Source: Mustelus asterias (taxonomy: Eukaryota). Taken from it: a stretch of 64,000 nt of DNA. Location: positions 18,724,001 through 18,788,000 of the forward strand of contig NC_135823.1 of the NCBI RefSeq assembly GCF_964213995.1, read 5' to 3'. Positions 61,528-64,000 of the stretch are shown piece by piece. Each line of letters opens with the position of its first letter. The first letter of the stretch is position 1. The notes below the pieces were generated by a model. That model worked only from the letters and a program-made list of their open reading frames with translations, searched no databases and was not told the DNA's origin. A program made the translations under genes and the position numbers.

Positions 61528-61800
61528 GGGTGACTGTGTGGAGTTTGCATGTTTGCCCCGTGTCTATGGGGGTTTCCTCCGGGTGCTCCGGTTTTTTCCC
61601 CACAGTCCAAAGATGTGCAGGTTAGGTGAATTGGACATGCTAAATTGCCCCTTAGTGTCTCAAGATGTGTCAATTAGATGGATATGCTGTGGGAAATGTG
61701 TGGGGATAGGGCGGGGGAGAGGGCCTGGGTAAGATACTCTGTCAGAGAGCCGGTGAAGACTTGATGGGCCGAATGGCCTCTTCTGCACTGTAGGGATTCG
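61528..61800 (+). mobile_element. 5'-truncated HE1 SINE
   Basis: V domain and ctgcactgtagggatt end. Confidence 0.88.
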
Positions 61801-61849
61801 AAGACCAATACAATACATTTTTTGTCATGAAAACTTTGTACTTCTACCA

Positions 61850-62530
61850 GGCGCACAAAATCTATATCACTAATATAGATCACGAAAAGCATAATATTGA
61901 CCCATGGGGAACCCCCTCTATATATCTTCCATTGGTCTGAAAAATAACTGTTTACCACTACTCAGTTTCCTGTCATTCATCCAGTTTTGTGTCCATGATC
62001 TATCTGATTATTTTATTGCTTGGTCTTCAACTCTGTATGTTATGTGGCACTTTAACAATTGCCTTTGGGGATTTCATGTACACCACATCAACCACATTGC
62101 CCTCATCAATCTTCTCACTTAGTTTATCATAAAACTCAATCAAATTAGTTAAACATAATTTGTCTTTAATAATTCTGTTCTGGTTTCCCTTAATTAATTG
62201 GCATTTCTCCAAGTATTGTATCTGTTAATTTTGTCCTGGATTGTTCTCCTCACAGCTTTCCCACCTCTGATGTTAAACTGTGGTTGCTGGATTTATCCTT
62301 ACACCCGTTTTTGAACAAGGATGTAACATTTGCAGTTCTCTGGTCCTCTGGCAACACCCTTGTACCTAAGGAAGATTGGAAGATTATCATCAATGCCTCC
62401 GCAAACTCCACCTTTATTTCTCTTAGTATACTTGGATGCATCCTACCTGGTCCTGGTGGTTTATTCAATTTAAGTACAGGCAGCCTTTCTAATACCTCCC
62501 TTTGTCAATTTTTAGCCCATCTTGTGCCTC
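61850..62530 (-). mobile_element. Decayed CR1 RT fragment
   Basis: KPPGPGRMHPSILRE..IIFQSSL..LPEDQRTANV; CLTNLIEFY..VDVVYM. Confidence 0.85.
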
Positions 62531-63484
62531 AACACCGTGACCATAGCAGATCACTAACAAGTAGTTTTTAATCTATAAACAAAGCCAGGTACAATCATGT
62601 AACTGTGACCTATCACTTTGAGAGCCCTACCTCTCTGATTTTGCTTGTGTCTTTAGGGGGAAGGATTACTATTCAGAGTGAGTTTATAATAGGCACTCCG
62701 ACTCCTGGGCCAGGATTTTGCGGCCTCTCCTGCCGTAACATGAATATTATGGTGTTGCCGAACTGAATGGAGGTTTAAATGGCTTGCCGCATTAACCAGG
62801 GAGGGGAGATGTGCTGCGGTGAGGCTGTAAAAACGTAGCCCTGGTATTCTTCACACATGAGGGGATAGCAGTCTGTCTCAGGCGATTCATATACTACTCC
62901 TGCTGAAAAGAGTCAGAGACACAGTCATTTAATTCGGTGGAGAGAATGGGCTGGAGCTAGAGGGCAGGTTACAATTCCAGTGGCAGAAGGGAGGAGCAAC
63001 AAAGATCCACATTAGCTAAACTGTACACCCTCCCCACCCCCGAAAAAAAAAATACTTTGAAGCTGCAATGGAGGTGATGTTGATACAGATAATGGCACAC
63101 CGAGGAAAGGAAGTCCTAGAAATAGGAGGTTCAAGCATTTTGAAAGGAGGGGGTTCAGATGGTCACTCTTGTCTCACCCACCCACCAATGGCTGTGGTGC
63201 AATAAACATTTGACCGACCTTCCCAGATTGTTCAAGGTGAGTAAACAAGAGTCCACACTGAAATACTATTGGAAGCCCGGCTCATATCCACACCATCCAC
63301 GGCAGTCATTAAGCATAGCAGAACCTCACTAAATGCTTGCCCCCTTCTACACACATCCTCGCAGCTTCCTTTAACTATTCCACTCTCCCAAATCACTGTT
63401 CCTGTGGTATGGAAATGAAAAGTGGAGATTGTTGTATATTGCGTGCTCTTGAAATCATGATTCAAGTTGAGTTTGAAAGGAGCG

Positions 63485-63798
63485 GAGAAGAATGCCACTC
63501 CCAAGAAAGGCATCAAGGAAACAATGAGTGAAATCACAGCAAATTCTGGAATGAAGCAGAGAAGGTCAAGGAAGGAGAGTTTCTACATGTACAAAGTGAT
63601 GAAGCGTGTTCACACGGACAGAGCATCACTTTCAAAGCCATGATCATCGTGAACTCCAATGTGAATAATATTATTGTGAAGTGTGCCGCTTGGTCCATTA
63701 TAATAGGTGCCCGGGAGATTCAGATCACTGTGTGCCTACTGCTGCCCAGGTCAGAAGAGACAAAGACTGTTATCCGCAAGTACACCAGCTCCAAGTCA
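63485..63798 (+). pseudogene. Histone H2B pseudogene
   Basis: EKNATPKKGIKETMS..KQRRSRKESF(..)YMYKVMKRVH.D, KAMIIVNSNVNNI, RLVHYNR, REIQITVCLLLP, SEETK..KYTSSK occur in H2B order, with frameshifts and internal deletions. Confidence 0.88.
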
Positions 63799-64000
63799 AA
63801 CTCCACAACTTACTGAAAGCATCATCACAGTGGACTATCTGCAGACATCTGGGTGAAAGGAAATTCTGAATTAGTTTGAAGACTTTCTACAGCATGATGT
63901 TTCTTGCAAAGGAGAAGGAAATAAGCAACCAAAATAAAGGAGTATCACGGGTCCCTGAATCAACATGGGGAAGTTCTTCATCAGGGAGACAGTAGGAAAT

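Noticed and set aside
56610-64000. Next PEMT exon (HASPTGLLLT..YEE-like)
   Set aside because: No matching peptide with splice sites found; presumably beyond the window.

Overview
Vertebrate DNA, almost certainly a shark (HE1/V-SINEs, Deu-domain SINEs, HER1-like CR1 LINEs). The window lies entirely inside one + strand gene, PEMT (phosphatidylethanolamine N-methyltransferase). Three internal coding exons (3413-3528, 32886-33031, 56498-56609) splice in frame across introns of about 29 kb and 23 kb; the flanking exons are outside the window. The introns are full of transposons: a young 5'-truncated CR1 with an uninterrupted 894-codon EN-RT frame, older CR1, L2/Crack-like, Rex1 and RTE LINE remnants, a decayed Gypsy element, PIF/Harbinger transposase relics and MITEs, and at least four SINE families. 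They also hold a decayed histone H2B pseudogene and a tRNA-Lys-like pseudogene. The most striking structures are three independent Penelope-like insertions with one shared design: inverted arms, a minimal hammerhead ribozyme motif in each arm, a ~37-39 nt tail on the shorter arm only, and 13-14 bp target-site duplications. No prokaryotic-type systems are present. Boundaries of old repeats are approximate and family names come from recognition, not database searches.
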